Shown here in pieces: positions 49,085 through 61,000 of a stretch of DNA of 64,000 bases. The number at the start of each line of letters is the position of its first letter. Position 1 is the first letter of the stretch. The notes beneath the pieces are model-generated. The model saw only the letters and a list, made by a program, of their open reading frames with translations. It searched no databases and was not told the origin of the DNA. The DNA comes from a bacterium (GTDB lineage Bacteria; Zhuqueibacterota; Zhuqueibacteria; Residuimicrobiales; Krinioviventaceae). The translations under genes and the position numbers were made by a program. The DNA lies in contig CAXXMD010000003.1 in assembly GCA_963675755.2 (NCBI GenBank), forward strand, positions 1,696,001-1,760,000. The letters run 5' to 3'.

Positions 49085-49741
49085 ATGAGAACGTTTGCAA
49101 TTATCGGATTAAGCAGCTTTGGGACATACCTTGCTAAATATCTCTCTAATGAGGGACATCAGGTTATGGCCATTGACAAAGATGAAGAAAAAATAGAGCG
49201 TATAAAACAATTTGTTGATCGCGCTGTTATTGCTGATGCCAGTGATAAAGATACCTTGTCTGGTTTGGGTTTGGCTGAAATGGACGTTGTGGTAGTGAGT
49301 TTGGGTGATCAGGTTGATGCCAGTATTTTGGTGACCTTGTACTTGCGGGAGCTGCGGGTGAAAAATATCGTAGCCAAGGCGATAACTGAAGATCATGGCA
49401 AGATATTGGATATTATTGGTGCCACTCAGGTGGTTTTCCCGGAACGGGATGAGGCATACAGACTTGCACAAACCCTTGAAAGTGACTATCTGATAGATAG
49501 TTTTACTATTGGAGAAGGGATCAGCATTATAGAATTTGCACCTCCCAAAGCGTTTTTAGCTAAAAGTCTGGGTGAACTGGATTTGCGAAACAAGTATGGT
49601 GTTCTGGTGTTGGTTGTAAAAGAACTGGTTCCTGAAAAACTGGTCATGATACCCACGGCTGATCATATTATCAAAGACAGTGACATTTTAATGCTGCTTG
49701 GTAAAAATGAAGATCTTGCAAAGATTAAAAAAATGAAATGA
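49085..49741 (+). CDS. ktrA: Ktr/Trk RCK regulatory subunit
   Basis: FAIIGL.SFG Rossmann start, L..IGA..VVFPE, RCK_C KSL.ELDLR.KYG. Confidence 0.92.
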   Translation: MRTFAIIGLSSFGTYLAKYLSNEGHQVMAIDKDEEKIERIKQFVDRAVIADASDKDTLSGLGLAEMDVVVVSLGDQVDASILVTLYLRELRVKNIVAKAITEDHGKILDIIGATQVVFPERDEAYRLAQTLESDYLIDSFTIGEGISIIEFAPPKAFLAKSLGELDLRNKYGVLVLVVKELVPEKLVMIPTADHIIKDSDILMLLGKNEDLAKIKKMK

Positions 49742-49821
49742 TATAAATAAATCTGATTTGCCAATTGTTGTGAATATATGATTTTCGGGCAATGCAATAA
49801 TATGCATCAAGGAGAAATGTT

Positions 49822-50268
49822 ATGCCCATACATATCGTTAAAGTCATTAGAGAATTTACCGATTCGGTCTCGTACTGGAGAGAAAAGCGGCCTGCTCAGT
49901 TTTGTTCAGAGGTGTCGCAAGCGTCTCCACGCTGGGAGCCCAATACGGATATTGTCGAGTTTGATGATTTTGTGATCATAAAAATTGAACTCGCTGGTGT
50001 AGACAGAGATGATATTTCTGTCAAAGTTAAAGATGGAATGATACGGATCTGCGGGGTCCGTCGAGAAAAAATGCTGGAAAACAGGCTGTCTTATCATCAG
50101 CTTGAAATTAAATATGGCAATTTTCAAAAAAACATCCATATACCACAATTTATGGAACATAATCAGATCGATGCCAATTTAATTGATGGAATATTGGAAA
50201 TTGTAATTTCCAAAGACAGTCAGGTTATTGAAGTGCCTATAAATAATAAAAGTGAAAATGAAGAATAA
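49822..50268 (+). CDS. Small heat-shock protein Hsp20
   Basis: W.P.TD..E.....I..ELAGV...DI, G.R, EI.YG.F, A....GILEI; RBS AGGAG. Confidence 0.9.
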   Translation: MPIHIVKVIREFTDSVSYWREKRPAQFCSEVSQASPRWEPNTDIVEFDDFVIIKIELAGVDRDDISVKVKDGMIRICGVRREKMLENRLSYHQLEIKYGNFQKNIHIPQFMEHNQIDANLIDGILEIVISKDSQVIEVPINNKSENEE

Positions 50269-50298
50269 TTTAATCGAAATGTAGATTCAGGAGTTATC

Positions 50299-52683
50299 AT
50301 GGATGAAAACAATTTCAATGTAACGATTGAATCAGACTCTGAAATGGAAACCAAAGTTCCTGCGGAGCTGCCGATATTGCCTTTAAGAGATACTGTGACT
50401 TTTCCAAATATTGTAACTCCGCTTGTTGTTGCACGGGAAAAATCAGTCAAGCTGATAAATGATGTGATAGCGGGTTCAAGAATTCTTGGCCTGGTAGCAC
50501 AAAAAGACCCTGAAACAGAAGACCCGGAAACAGATGATATATACCAATTTGGAACAGCCGCAATTATTCTGCGTATGTTGAAATTCCCCGATGGTTCTTT
50601 GCGCGTATTGGTGCAGGGAATCTCGAGAATAAAATTAAAAGAAAATGTTTCTACCGATCCCTATATTGTTTACAAAGTAGAAACCAAAGAAGATGTTTAT
50701 AGAGAAACCACTGAAATTGAAGCGCTTAAGCGTAATGTGGGTCAGCAATTTCAAAAAGTGGTTTCACTGGTACCGCAACTGCCCGATGAACTTCAGGTTG
50801 TAATTGTAAATACAACTGATCCCGGTAAACTTGCGGATTTGATTGCTTCAAACCTCACCATTTCGGTAGAGGAAAAACAGTCTATACTTGAAGCATCAAC
50901 TATCAAACAGCGCTTGCAAAAACTTACGGTTTTGCTTAATCGCGAACTTGAAGTATTGGAGATGGGCTCCAAAATACAGGATAAAGTCCAGAGCGAGTTG
51001 GGTAAAAACCAGCGTGAATATTTTTTACGTGAACAATTGCGGGCCATTCAAAAAGAACTGGGCATGAGCGATGAACGCTCTGTTGAGCTAGAAGAACTGG
51101 AAGAACAGATTCTTGAAGCAAATATGCCCGAAGAAGCGGAAAATGAAGCCCTGCGTGAGCTGGACCGTCTTTCTAAAATGCAGCCTGGTGCGGCTGAATA
51201 TACGGTTTCACGCACATACCTGGACTGGATGATTATTTTGCCCTGGAATGTTGCAACCGAAGATAATCTTGATATTGATAAAGCCCAGAATGTGCTTGAT
51301 GAAGACCATTACGGCCTGCAAAAGATCAAAGAGCGTATAATTGAATATCTTGCTGTGCGCAAATTGAAAAACGATACCAAGGGCCCCATCATTTGTTTTG
51401 TAGGACCTCCGGGAGTAGGAAAGACCTCGTTGGGTCGGTCTATTGCGCGCTCTATGGGAAGAAATTTTGTGCGCATCTCACTGGGTGGTGTGCACGATGA
51501 AGCCGAAATCCGCGGTCATCGACGGACTTATATTGGTTCCATGCCCGGTAGAATCATTCAGGGTCTGAAAACAGCTGGAAGCAATAATCCTATTTTTATG
51601 CTGGATGAAGTTGATAAAATTGGCCAGGATTTCCGTGGTGATCCTGCATCGGCATTGTTGGAAGTACTTGATCCGGAACAGAATTTTTCCTTTTCGGATC
51701 ACTATCTGGATGTTCCTTTTGACTTGTCGAGCGTTATGTTTATTACCACCGCGAATGTGCTGGATACTATTCCATCACCTTTGCGTGACAGAATGGAAGT
51801 GATTGAACTTCCCGGATATATTGAAGAAGATAAAATACATATAGCAACCAAATACCTTATACCCCGGCAGATCCAGGAAAACGGATTGAAACGTAAACAT
51901 ATATCCTTTACCAAGGCCGCTGTAAAAAGTATTATTGCAGACTATACCCGAGAAGCGGGTGTGAGAAATCTGGAACGTCAGTTTGCAAACATTTGCCGCA
52001 AAGTGGCAAAAGAGGTTGCTTTGGGCAATGAAGATAAAGTTTCTATTACACCTGCCAAGGTTGTTGAACTTTTAGGACCAAAAAAGTTTTATTCAGAAGT
52101 TGCGGAGCGCTTGGGTAAAGCCGGTGTTGCAACCGGATTGGCCTGGACTCCTTCGGGTGGTGATGTGCTGTTCATAGAAGCCACTCGAATGACCGGCAGC
52201 AAAGGTTTGATTTTGACCGGACAATTGGGCGATGTGATGAAAGAATCCGCACAGGCAGCACTTTCTTATATTCGTTCAAATGCGGAAGCGCTTGGCATTG
52301 ATGAAACCATATTTGCCAAATCAGATATACATGTGCACGTACCTGCAGGTGCCATTCCCAAAGATGGACCTTCTGCGGGTGTTACCATGACCACAGCGCT
52401 GGTCTCTCTGCTAACACAAAAACCGGTGCGGAGCGATCTGGCAATGACCGGTGAAATTACCTTGCGTGGCAAAGTATTACCAGTTGGCGGCATTAAAGAA
52501 AAGATGCTGGCTGCTCAACGGGCAGGAATTAAGCATGTTATTCTGCCGGATAAAAACAAGGATGATCTGGAAGAGATCCCTGAAGATACGCGCAAGAAAA
52601 TGACTTTTTATCCGGTGAAAACGCTGGAAGAAGTACTGGAACTTGCAATTAAAACCAAACCGGTCAAGAATAAGAAAAAATAG
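50299..52683 (+). CDS. lon: ATP-dependent protease La
   Basis: [42 protein letters not shown] (catalytic Ser), GG.KEK (catalytic Lys). Confidence 0.98.
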   Translation: MDENNFNVTIESDSEMETKVPAELPILPLRDTVTFPNIVTPLVVAREKSVKLINDVIAGSRILGLVAQKDPETEDPETDDIYQFGTAAIILRMLKFPDGSLRVLVQGISRIKLKENVSTDPYIVYKVETKEDVYRETTEIEALKRNVGQQFQKVVSLVPQLPDELQVVIVNTTDPGKLADLIASNLTISVEEKQSILEASTIKQRLQKLTVLLNRELEVLEMGSKIQDKVQSELGKNQREYFLREQLRAIQKELGMSDERSVELEELEEQILEANMPEEAENEALRELDRLSKMQPGAAEYTVSRTYLDWMIILPWNVATEDNLDIDKAQNVLDEDHYGLQKIKERIIEYLAVRKLKNDTKGPIICFVGPPGVGKTSLGRSIARSMGRNFVRISLGGVHDEAEIRGHRRTYIGSMPGRIIQGLKTAGSNNPIFMLDEVDKIGQDFRGDPASALLEVLDPEQNFSFSDHYLDVPFDLSSVMFITTANVLDTIPSPLRDRMEVIELPGYIEEDKIHIATKYLIPRQIQENGLKRKHISFTKAAVKSIIADYTREAGVRNLERQFANICRKVAKEVALGNEDKVSITPAKVVELLGPKKFYSEVAERLGKAGVATGLAWTPSGGDVLFIEATRMTGSKGLILTGQLGDVMKESAQAALSYIRSNAEALGIDETIFAKSDIHVHVPAGAIPKDGPSAGVTMTTALVSLLTQKPVRSDLAMTGEITLRGKVLPVGGIKEKMLAAQRAGIKHVILPDKNKDDLEEIPEDTRKKMTFYPVKTLEEVLELAIKTKPVKNKKK

Positions 52684-52725
52684 TCTGGAATAGTTGACAG
52701 GAGTCACAGCAGAAAAGGAAGAAAA

Positions 52726-54111
52726 TTGCTAAATCAGTTTAGTGAACATGGACAGGAACATGTTTTAAAATATTTATCAGAGCTTGATGATAACCAGATA
52801 TTTACAGAACGACTTGAAGATATAGATTTTGATATAGTAAACTATTGTGCCGGATTGTTGAAAAATCAGCATGAAGGGCATTATACACCCGGCACCATGA
52901 ATCCAACAAATGTTATTGAACTGCCGGAAAGTCCACAGCAAGTTGAGGAATATCGTAAAGCTGTGTCTGTGGGAGAAAAGCTCATTGCAGATAGTAAAGT
53001 GGGAGCACTTTTGGTTGCCGGTGGTCAAGGCACCCGTTTGGGATTTGATGGCCCAAAAGGTACGTTTCCGGTGGGTCCCATTACCGGCAAGACATTGTTT
53101 CAGCTTCATACGGAAAAGATCCTTGCCCGTGAAAGACAGTTGAACGCGGTTATTCCTTTTTATATTATGACCAGTGAGTTGAATTATAAGGATACGGTTG
53201 ATTTTTTCAAATTAAACGACTTTTTTGGTAAAGATGCGTCAACCATTATCTTTTTCAAACAGGGTATGCTGCCGCCACTTGATGGAAATGGCAAAATGTT
53301 TCTTGAATCCAAAGATCGGGTTGCCATGTCTCCCGACGGTCATGGCGGCATGCTGCGCGCGTTGTTTAAAAACAAGATTCTGGAAGACATGCAAAAGCGT
53401 GGATTAAAGAGTATTTATTATTTTCAGGTTGACAGTCCCCTGGTGAATGTTTGTGATCCTGCATTTGTTGGGTATCATGAATTGAATAATGCGGAAATGT
53501 CTGCCAAAACAGTTTATAAAAATGATCCGTTTGAAAAGCTTGGCAATATTGGTGAAATGAACGGCAAGACCGTGGTCATTGAATATACCGAACTCAGCGA
53601 TGATGAAAAGTTGGCTGTCAACGATAAAGGCAAGTTGACTTTTGGTCAGGGAAGTATTGGTATGCATGTGTTCAGTGTTGATTTTTTTCAACGGATACAC
53701 GATGAAAAGATCCAGCTTCCGTACCATATTGCGCACAAGAAAATACCGTATTTGAATGATTCGGGAGAGCTGGTAAATCCCGAATCTCCAAACGGATTTA
53801 AATTTGAGCAGTTTATTTTTGACGCGTTTCCTTTTGCAAAAAAAGTAATGGTGATGGAAACAGAGCGGAAAAACGATTTCAGTCCCATAAAAAACAAGAC
53901 AGGTGTTGATTCGCCCGAAACCGCAAAACAGGACCAGTTGAATCTGTATGGTGAATGGATAGAGAGTGCCGGGTTACCGCTAAACAGAGATTCAGATGGA
54001 AATGTAGCGGACCTGGTTGAAGTTTCACCACTTTATGCGTTGAATAAAGAACAGTTTGTTGAAAAGAAACCATCATTACCCGATTCACAAAAGGGTTATT
54101 TGTTTGAATAA
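52726..54111 (+). CDS. UDPGP-family (eukaryote-type UAP) UDP-N-acetylhexosamine/UDP-sugar pyrophosphorylase
   Basis: LVAGGQGTRLG..GPKG, YIMTS, F.QG..P, SPDGHGG, IEY.E, KFE.FIFD, FSP.KN. Confidence 0.9.
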   Translation: MLNQFSEHGQEHVLKYLSELDDNQIFTERLEDIDFDIVNYCAGLLKNQHEGHYTPGTMNPTNVIELPESPQQVEEYRKAVSVGEKLIADSKVGALLVAGGQGTRLGFDGPKGTFPVGPITGKTLFQLHTEKILARERQLNAVIPFYIMTSELNYKDTVDFFKLNDFFGKDASTIIFFKQGMLPPLDGNGKMFLESKDRVAMSPDGHGGMLRALFKNKILEDMQKRGLKSIYYFQVDSPLVNVCDPAFVGYHELNNAEMSAKTVYKNDPFEKLGNIGEMNGKTVVIEYTELSDDEKLAVNDKGKLTFGQGSIGMHVFSVDFFQRIHDEKIQLPYHIAHKKIPYLNDSGELVNPESPNGFKFEQFIFDAFPFAKKVMVMETERKNDFSPIKNKTGVDSPETAKQDQLNLYGEWIESAGLPLNRDSDGNVADLVEVSPLYALNKEQFVEKKPSLPDSQKGYLFE

Positions 54112-54162
54112 ACCGGTTTTCGGATCCAAATTTTTGATAATATACAGGCGGTTAATCACGGT

Positions 54163-57100
54163 ATGGCAACTGGAACAAAAAAAGAAAAACGAGTTAAAAG
54201 GGGATTTTGGAGACGTTTTTTCCGATTCTGGTTGTTTTTTGGCTTGGGATTTATAGGGCTCATCCTTTTATTAATAATAATCGTTCATCTTTTTTTTCCT
54301 CCCGAGTATTTTAAAGGTTTGGCTATAAAAACTGTCAGAGAGCAGTTTAACCGTAATCTGACCATAGAGGGTGTAGATATCAATTTACTGAAAGGCATTG
54401 AATTTACAGATATTTCACTCACTCCGCTTGAAGAAAACCAAAAACTACCGGACGATTTTCCGGTCCAGTCGGCATCTATACACAAAATCCTTTTGAAATA
54501 CAATATCCGTGAGCTGTTTCACAAGCGTGTTGTCATTGACGAGATAGAGCTCAACTCGCCGGATATTTTTATCAACATGATCAATCCCCAGGATACAACG
54601 TCGGTAAAAGAGCCGCCAGCGGACTCGTTGCAAACACCGGTATTACCGGTTAGTATTGCGTTGAAACGGTTTCGGCTGCAAGACACAAAATTCCGCATGG
54701 AAATGCAGGACAGCCTTACCAGTCAGGTTTTGTATCTTGCTGATCTGGATGTTGGCCTGGATGACATCTATGTTCCACAGGGTGATGTAATGGCAAATGA
54801 CAGTGCCCTGGCAGCCGCACTGGAACTGAATGTAGACAAGGCTGCTTTTGAATTCAGCCAGCATGTTACAGGTGGTGATGACATGTCAGTAACGGGTATG
54901 ATTGCTTTGAACAGCAAGGTCAGAATTGCCACACTGGATAGTCTGGATGCCTCTCTGTTTTTACAGGTCAGTGATCTCGAGTTTCGTACATCGGCTGTTC
55001 CTGATTTTTCTGTCATTCCGTTGATTTATCCTGTAACCGTATCTGGTGATGTGCATGTCCTTGTTGAAGAGGAAAAAGTATCAGTCCCCGGTTTAACTGT
55101 CAAAGTCGGAGATGAAACCTGGCTGGGTTCTACCATCAAAGTTGATGGATTTTACAAGCAGTGGCCCCCGCATCTTTCCGCTTCCGTAGACAAGAGCAGA
55201 ATACCTGTGCAGCAGCTTTTGTCATTGGGAAGATCAGTATTGCCGGATTCGTTGTTTCCGGATATATATTTTAAAAATCCAAATGCAGCAATTACTTTTG
55301 CGGGCACTCGTGTTGAAGGCTCACTGCCTGACAGTTCTTCCACAGAAGGATTGGAATTTCAGGCTATTGCAGATTTTCTCGATTTTGGTTTGACCTTAAA
55401 CCAGGGACAAGCAGAACTGGTGAACCTGAATTTACAGGCGAGATCAAACGGCAGTCTCAATTTTAAGGGATTGCAAAATTTAAACGCGACCGCATCCGTT
55501 ACTTTTGATTCAGTATATTATGGTCTAAACGATACTCTGGAAATTTATACCGGTGAGGGCGGATTAAATCTTGAAGCGGCTATAAACGAGTATATGATGC
55601 CAAGAGACGTGGAATTGGGTTTTGAGGTAGCAAATGTATTGGGAACAACCTTTTATTCTCATTTTACACTGGGTACAGAAAAGACCTTACAATCTATTGC
55701 AGGGAATGGGGTAGTCAAGTTATCTGATATCGATACAAGGAATCTTGTGCCTATGCCGCTTGAAACTACCGCAAACCTGCAGCTTGATCTTGGCATTCAA
55801 ACGCTGGATTCGATCTCTACCCATATTGATTTTGCTACGGATTCATTGATGATACCCATGCAATATGAAACCGAAAACTTTCCGCCAATTCATTTTACAA
55901 CCAATCTGCTGTGCGGTATTGATACTTTGTTCCAGCATCTGGATATCCATAATTTATCTGTCAAGCTGAACCAGATTTTAGCAGCCAGTTTAAATGGCAC
56001 GTTTGATGTAGGTAAAACCGATTTTAAGGTAAAACTGCAAGACCTGGCATTGTACCATGCACCTGTTCTGGATTGGATGCCACGGCGTATGAAAGAACAG
56101 TTTGCAAGTTTAAAGGTAACCGGTGCAACCCATGTAACCGCAGATGTTACCGGCAATCTGGCCGGCGAACTGCCGGTTTTCGATCTTGAAAGCAAGGTCT
56201 TTACAGATCAGACGTCTGTCCATTATCCTGATCAGTTTATATCAATCGCGGGTATTCGTTTGAATGTGGATGCAGGATTAAATTCAGACAATAAAGCGGA
56301 TGTTAGCGTTTCACTAAAAATCGATACAACCCTGACGGATAATGTAAGACGAGCGGCGTTTTTAGATAATGTGATATCATTGGATGTACATAGCAATGAT
56401 TTAAAGAGTTTCCGGGTTGAAAACGGTCTAATCTCTTTGCCTGAATTACTGGCAAATGGCGAGTTTTATGCCAATATAGAAAATGTAGATACAGCCCCGC
56501 TCATTACTGCAACATTGGATTTCCATCAAAATGCGGAAGAGCCGCTGCAGATAACCCGGGATATTCAACTGAACGGGAAAACCGATCTCAGCGCAACCGT
56601 CAATATGGACACCGCATTGATGGATATTTTTGCAAATGTCAATACCAAAGACTTGACTATATTGCTGCCGGCTGAAACAGCTGTCAGGAATATCAATACC
56701 GATTTAAAAGTGCATCAGCGCATGGATCTGGTTAAAGGAATTTTCCTGGCGGACAAAGAGGCGCCTATCCAAACCCCAACAGATGGTTCTATCGATTATC
56801 TGGCCTATCGGGATTACTATCGCAATTCGCTTGATAACATGTCGTACCTGAGCATTGAAAAGATAGAAGCAGCCGGTTATGAAATAGATAATTTTGAATT
56901 TGAAGCTGTACTGGGAGGTGGCCGGGTGGAAATTCCTTCATATATGGCAACCGTATATGATGGAAACCTGGGCGGCAGGATCTCTGTGAATCTTGCAGGT
57001 GGCAACCTGGCAGAAGCGACATATAATTTATCTGCCCATTTTTCAGGCATCAACTCTGACAGATTGCTGGCGGGTTTAAAACGAAAAGAGAGTTTGGGCG

Positions 57101-57459
57101 TTATAAACGGTAACGCGCAATTTGAAGGTACTGGGGTGGACCCCAATGAGAAACTGGATATTCGAGGGTATTTTTACATTACCGAGATCGGTCCCCGAGT
57201 TGCAGACAATTTATTGCGTTCTCTGGATCCGGAAGAAAAAGACTCTGGTATTAAGATGACCCGGTTCCTCATCAACTGGGGGTATAAACCCAATTTGTTT
57301 TCATTTGATGTACGTCACGGGTTCTTTTCAACAACAGTTGAATTGTCTCAACCCTGGTATTTCCCTTTGAAATTGAGTGGCGGGAAAATTATTTTTGCCC
57401 GCAAGCCGGTACAATTTTTTATAGACCAGGCCCTGGCAACGGCCCGGATTCAAGAGTAA
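54163..57459 (+). CDS. AsmA-like / YdbH-like intermembrane bridge protein
   Basis: Basic N-terminus and a single TM, AsmA-type start (R.LTI..V.IN...G), then about 1000 aa of amphipathic beta strands. Directly upstream of a DUF1318-like gene. Confidence 0.7.
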   Translation: MATGTKKEKRVKRGFWRRFFRFWLFFGLGFIGLILLLIIIVHLFFPPEYFKGLAIKTVREQFNRNLTIEGVDINLLKGIEFTDISLTPLEENQKLPDDFPVQSASIHKILLKYNIRELFHKRVVIDEIELNSPDIFINMINPQDTTSVKEPPADSLQTPVLPVSIALKRFRLQDTKFRMEMQDSLTSQVLYLADLDVGLDDIYVPQGDVMANDSALAAALELNVDKAAFEFSQHVTGGDDMSVTGMIALNSKVRIATLDSLDASLFLQVSDLEFRTSAVPDFSVIPLIYPVTVSGDVHVLVEEEKVSVPGLTVKVGDETWLGSTIKVDGFYKQWPPHLSASVDKSRIPVQQLLSLGRSVLPDSLFPDIYFKNPNAAITFAGTRVEGSLPDSSSTEGLEFQAIADFLDFGLTLNQGQAELVNLNLQARSNGSLNFKGLQNLNATASVTFDSVYYGLNDTLEIYTGEGGLNLEAAINEYMMPRDVELGFEVANVLGTTFYSHFTLGTEKTLQSIAGNGVVKLSDIDTRNLVPMPLETTANLQLDLGIQTLDSISTHIDFATDSLMIPMQYETENFPPIHFTTNLLCGIDTLFQHLDIHNLSVKLNQILAASLNGTFDVGKTDFKVKLQDLALYHAPVLDWMPRRMKEQFASLKVTGATHVTADVTGNLAGELPVFDLESKVFTDQTSVHYPDQFISIAGIRLNVDAGLNSDNKADVSVSLKIDTTLTDNVRRAAFLDNVISLDVHSNDLKSFRVENGLISLPELLANGEFYANIENVDTAPLITATLDFHQNAEEPLQITRDIQLNGKTDLSATVNMDTALMDIFANVNTKDLTILLPAETAVRNINTDLKVHQRMDLVKGIFLADKEAPIQTPTDGSIDYLAYRDYYRNSLDNMSYLSIEKIEAAGYEIDNFEFEAVLGGGRVEIPSYMATVYDGNLGGRISVNLAGGNLAEATYNLSAHFSGINSDRLLAGLKRKESLGVINGNAQFEGTGVDPNEKLDIRGYFYITEIGPRVADNLLRSLDPEEKDSGIKMTRFLINWGYKPNLFSFDVRHGFFSTTVELSQPWYFPLKLSGGKIIFARKPVQFFIDQALATARIQE

Positions 57460-57477
57460 CATTTGAGGAGAATATAA

Positions 57478-58029
57478 ATGAAATATAAATATATTTTGAG
57501 CATTCTCGTTATGGTTTTGGCTGTACATTGCAGTTTTAAAACCGAAGATATCAGTATTCGGGGTGATAAAACCATGCTGGAAGACCAGGTATTGGGTGCG
57601 TTTGAACAAATTGAAAGTGATACATGGGTTGTTGCATCTACCCGTTCGGTTGGCGGCGGTCAGACACAAACCATGTCTGCGCAGCGCCAGAATGTATTGG
57701 AATCTGTTCAAAATCGCAAGTTCAACAAGGATGAAATTGACGAGTTTAAAAAAGAACAGGTTCTGGGTGAAAACAACAAGGGCTATCTTGAAATATTGCC
57801 AACTGAAAAATATGAATCAGATTCTCAGTATAAACGCATAATAGATCAGATTGTAACTGAAGAAAATCAGGACCGCAAAGTGATTTACGAGCGGATCCTT
57901 GCAATTAACCCATCCGCGGCTGCTGCAGATGAAGAGGAACGCAACAAGATTTTTGCAAAATTGAATATAGATAATTCGCCGGACGGCACATTGATACAAA
58001 AAAGCGATGGTTCATGGTCAGGAAAATAA
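57478..58029 (+). CDS. Lipoprotein with DUF1318/YdbL-like domain
   Basis: Lipobox-like AVHC; K....LGENN.GYL, V..EN.DR..IY..I, G..IQ..DG.W. Confidence 0.8.
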   Translation: MKYKYILSILVMVLAVHCSFKTEDISIRGDKTMLEDQVLGAFEQIESDTWVVASTRSVGGGQTQTMSAQRQNVLESVQNRKFNKDEIDEFKKEQVLGENNKGYLEILPTEKYESDSQYKRIIDQIVTEENQDRKVIYERILAINPSAAAADEEERNKIFAKLNIDNSPDGTLIQKSDGSWSGK

Positions 58030-61000
58030 TGAAATATAGGATTAAACACATATTCCTCACACTCGTCTTGACAGTGTTGTTTGTGTCGAGCTCGTTCAAC
58101 TTTGCGCAAGCGCCTGATAATAAAAAATTGGATTATCAGCAGGTAACCACCCACCCTGATATTGACTTGTCTGCGCGTATTTCTCCAGACGGCAAGTGGA
58201 TGGCCTATGTGTCCCGTCAGTCTGATAATTTTGACATTTGGATTCGCAGCACTGCGGGCGGTAGATCCATTCAGGTTACATTTCATAAAGCGGATGATTA
58301 TTATCCAGTGTGGTATCCTGACAGCCGAACTATAGTATTTGTTTCACAGCGCAGTGATGCCGCGGGTGATATTTGGCTGGTGCATCTGCGCGAGATCAAG
58401 GGCAGGCTTTATCCCAAAGGTGAACCAGAGCGGTTTACCGATTATATGGGGTATGACGGGTATCCTACCGTGTCTCCGGATTCTAAAAAAATTTGCTGGG
58501 TCTCTGACCGTAGCGGCAGTGAAGAACTTTGGTTTTATAATGAGCATACGGAAGCCAAATTACAGTTGACCTACAAGGGTGGTACACACCCCATGTGGAG
58601 CTCTGACCTGCAAATGATTGCTTTTACTTCGTTCAGAGACGGTCCGGAAAACAATGGTGATATTTTTATTATTAATCTCAAGGGACCAAAACCTACAGGT
58701 CAGGATACATTGCTTTGGGACCTGCGTGAATATCCCACTTATCAGTTGACCAAGGGACCGGCTATAGACGGATTCCCCAGCTGGACCAAAGAAGCCACAC
58801 AGGTTGTTTTCCTGCGAAACGAGTTTGATACCAACAAAGACGGTTCGTTAACACCTACTGACCGCGCTGCCGTTTGGGAAGCCCAGATTTTCAAAACACC
58901 CATTGAATTGATGTTTGTCAGTGATCCCATGTTGCAGGTATTAAGCAAGTCATTTAATTTGAAAATGGCATCTTATGCCATGCCGCTTACTTCCGGTGGT
59001 GAACAGGTAATGCAGCCTTATACAGGTTCTAATGATAGAATCTATTTTACCTCTGACCGTGGCGGCAACCTCGATATATGGTCATTCCCATCAACCGGGT
59101 ATATACCACGGGTGAATAATCCTGCATTGCAATATCAGCTTGCAGACTCCATATATGCACTGTCTCCAGAAATGACACGTTTAACACTCGGTCCATTGTT
59201 CCTGGAGTGGGATCCTCAATCAATGACCAAGCAGCAACGCTTATTGTTATGGGACCGCCAGTTGGCCTTTAAAAGAGTAATTGATTATTTTGGAACGGCA
59301 ACAGAGGTTTCACCCCAGACATTATATGAAATAGCGGTATGTTTTAAATTGCTCGATTATCCGGAACAGGCGGATTTATTTTTAGAGATTTTGTTAAAGA
59401 ATTTTCCTGAACACAAAACACTTGCTGCTTACGCGGAAATGTTAAAACTGGGGCTTAAGGCAAGGAATGTATCATCAGGGCAAAAAAGGCTTGAACTGTT
59501 AAAGCCCGAGCTTGATGCCATTCTAGAAAAATACAAGCTTGAAGCTGAGCCCATGTCTGCAGCCTATATTGTGCTTGGTGATCTATTCTACCAGGTCAAA
59601 CAGGATGCGCAGGCATTTAAGGCATATGAACAGGTTTTGGAATCTTTTCCGGAACAGAGCTTTTATTGTGCGGAAGCTCAATTGAAAATTGGAGACGTGT
59701 TCAGCCGGTTTGCTACCCAGGATGAAGTCATACAGGCATACTTGCAGGTTGTTCAAAAATATCCGGAGCAGCGCGACTGGATGGTTCCCGCACGTGATCG
59801 CATTCTGGATTTACTGGTAACAGATGCCAGTAACGAGCTCGATCTGATTAGCCGATATCGTGAGATTGTAGGGCAATATGCCCAGTTCCCATTGCTTGCG
59901 GCTGCGGCACAACTCCGCATTGGTAAAATCCTGTTTAACGCGGGGGATTATGCTTCCGCTATTCAGGAATATGAAATGGTAGAATCGTTATTTGGCGATC
60001 TGGTAGAGGAAGTATTTACTGCCAACTTCTCTATTGCAGAGTCTTTGCTGATGATGGGCGAGAACCTGCGAGCCTTTTCGTTACTTGAGCAATTGGTAAA
60101 TCGTTACAGCAGCAACCGTAAAGATCTTTCTGATACCGCATGGGATCGGTTGTTAAAGGCACTCTTGGATTCAGGAGATGAGTTAAAGTCCGCACAAGAA
60201 TTTAGTCTGGCATTATTACGCTATCAACGCGCCAAAGAGATGGATCTCAACAATTTACATGCACACAGGGGATATATAGAGTGCTTGTACTATCAACGAA
60301 AAATTGATGATGCGGTTGCAGAATATGAGCAACTGGTCAAAGACTATCCTGAACAGCAGGTAATACTTTATTGTTTGGGACTGACCTATTCATACAAGGG
60401 CACAGAAAAAGCCGAGCTATACAATGAGCCAGACGCGCTTGATACCAGAATGCTCAACCAATCCAGTTACCGTATTGCCCGAGCGCTGGCTTTGGACTAT
60501 ACTATGGTGCAGCCGTATCTGACCCTGAGTTATAATTATGAGATGATGGAGCAGGCCGAAGCGCGAGAACGTGCCAAACCCAAGCCCTTTTATGTCAGAC
60601 TGTGGAATACCTTGCGCACTCCATTTGACTATGTTTATGATATTGTGACATTTGCCAAAGTTGAACCTAAACGCGGTTATTATGAACGGGCTATCCACGA
60701 GTTGACCAAGGCGATTGGTTTAAACGATGCCGAAGTTGATCCCGATCTTGAGGCCAATCTTGCGCTAAACCTGGCAAATAATTATTATAATTTGGGTGAA
60801 TATGGTTACGCCAAAGCATACGAATATTATCATATAAAACTCAAATATGATTCAACGTTTTATGATAAACAACGCGAGGCCCTGATCTATGAACGCATGG
60901 GGCATTGTTCGTACAAGGTTGAAGATGTTAAAGGCGGTGAAAAATATCTGCTAAGGGCCATTCAGTTATATACTGAACTGGAAGATGAAGGGCACGTGCT

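Noticed and set aside
49742-49821. CIRCE or other heat-shock operator before hsp20-lon
   Set aside because: No TTAGCACTC-N9-GAGTGCTAA is present, only a weak TTGCC...GGCAA pair.
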